Made by a program: the position numbers and the translations under genes
Shown here: positions 63,772 through 64,000 of the stretch, one piece after another
Layout: each line of letters starts with the position of its first letter
How positions within the stretch are numbered: position 1 is the stretch's first letter
Assembly: GCA_963737265.1 (NCBI GenBank)
Contig: CAVTRY010000021.1
Span: 64,001 to 128,000, forward strand
Source of the DNA: an uncultured delta proteobacterium
GTDB lineage: Bacteria > Myxococcota_A > Polyangia > Fen-1088
Direction of reading: 5' to 3'
Length of the DNA: 64,000 bases
Notes under the pieces: model-generated
What the model was told of the DNA's origin: nothing
Database searches by the model: none
What the model saw: only the letters and a program-made list of their open reading frames with translations

Positions 63772-64000
63772 ATGGCAAAAGTCGCCGCGGCTGTTGCCTG
63801 TCTTCTTCTTGCGTTGGGAATCCCGGCGCGAGCAGCGTCCCCGGACGACGAAACCCTGAACAAGGTTGTAAAGCTCAACGAGAAGGCTCTGGCGGCGTAC
63901 GCCAATCAGGACGCGGACGCCGCCATCGCCCTCCTCGGGCAAGCCCTCGACCTGTGCAAGCTTGAGCACCTCGAAACGCACCCGACCGCCGCCCGTACCC
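63772..64000 (+). CDS. Secreted TPR-like protein, runs off the window end
   Basis: Signal peptide, then helical LNEKALAAY..AIALLGQAL..HPTAART. Confidence 0.55.
   Translation, partial: MAKVAAAVACLLLALGIPARAASPDDETLNKVVKLNEKALAAYANQDADAAIALLGQALDLCKLEHLETHPTAART

Overview
GC-rich bacterial chromosome segment, most likely Myxococcota (inferred from mglBA next to dnaX-ybaB-recR, an elbB-E ether-lipid operon, a TIGR02266-type PilZ gene and Cys-rich lipoproteins). It carries housekeeping genes (rpiA, rnhA, osmC, a Ppx/GppA phosphatase, DAHP synthase, a DEAD-box helicase, dnaX, recR), a large and partly decaying chemosensory cluster (37.8-51.2 kb), two hybrid histidine kinases and a GH39 lipoprotein. 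Mobile DNA is abundant: two inverted 1491-bp ISL3 copies, one IS21, two identical 189-bp ISAs1-type MITEs with 10-bp target duplications, a CTAG-targeting MITE and an inverted-repeat-flanked GxxExxY cassette. Main observations: (1) an unannotated 24-aa Phe/Tyr/Trp-rich leader peptide with complete 1:2, 2:3 and 3:4 attenuator pairings upstream of DAHP synthase; (2) the 22 kb between the two ISL3 copies looks inverted, because flipping it rebuilds a MITE, rejoins a shattered giant Thr-rich/Cys-rich/Vgb-repeat gene in frame, and turns a 63-bp repeat pair into direct repeats around that gene; (3) a CheB that has lost its receiver domain in frame, next to a destroyed CheR; (4) a LarA-like ElbC in the ether-lipid operon. 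Several single-base frameshifts may be sequencing errors. All calls come from reading motifs by eye; no database searches were run.
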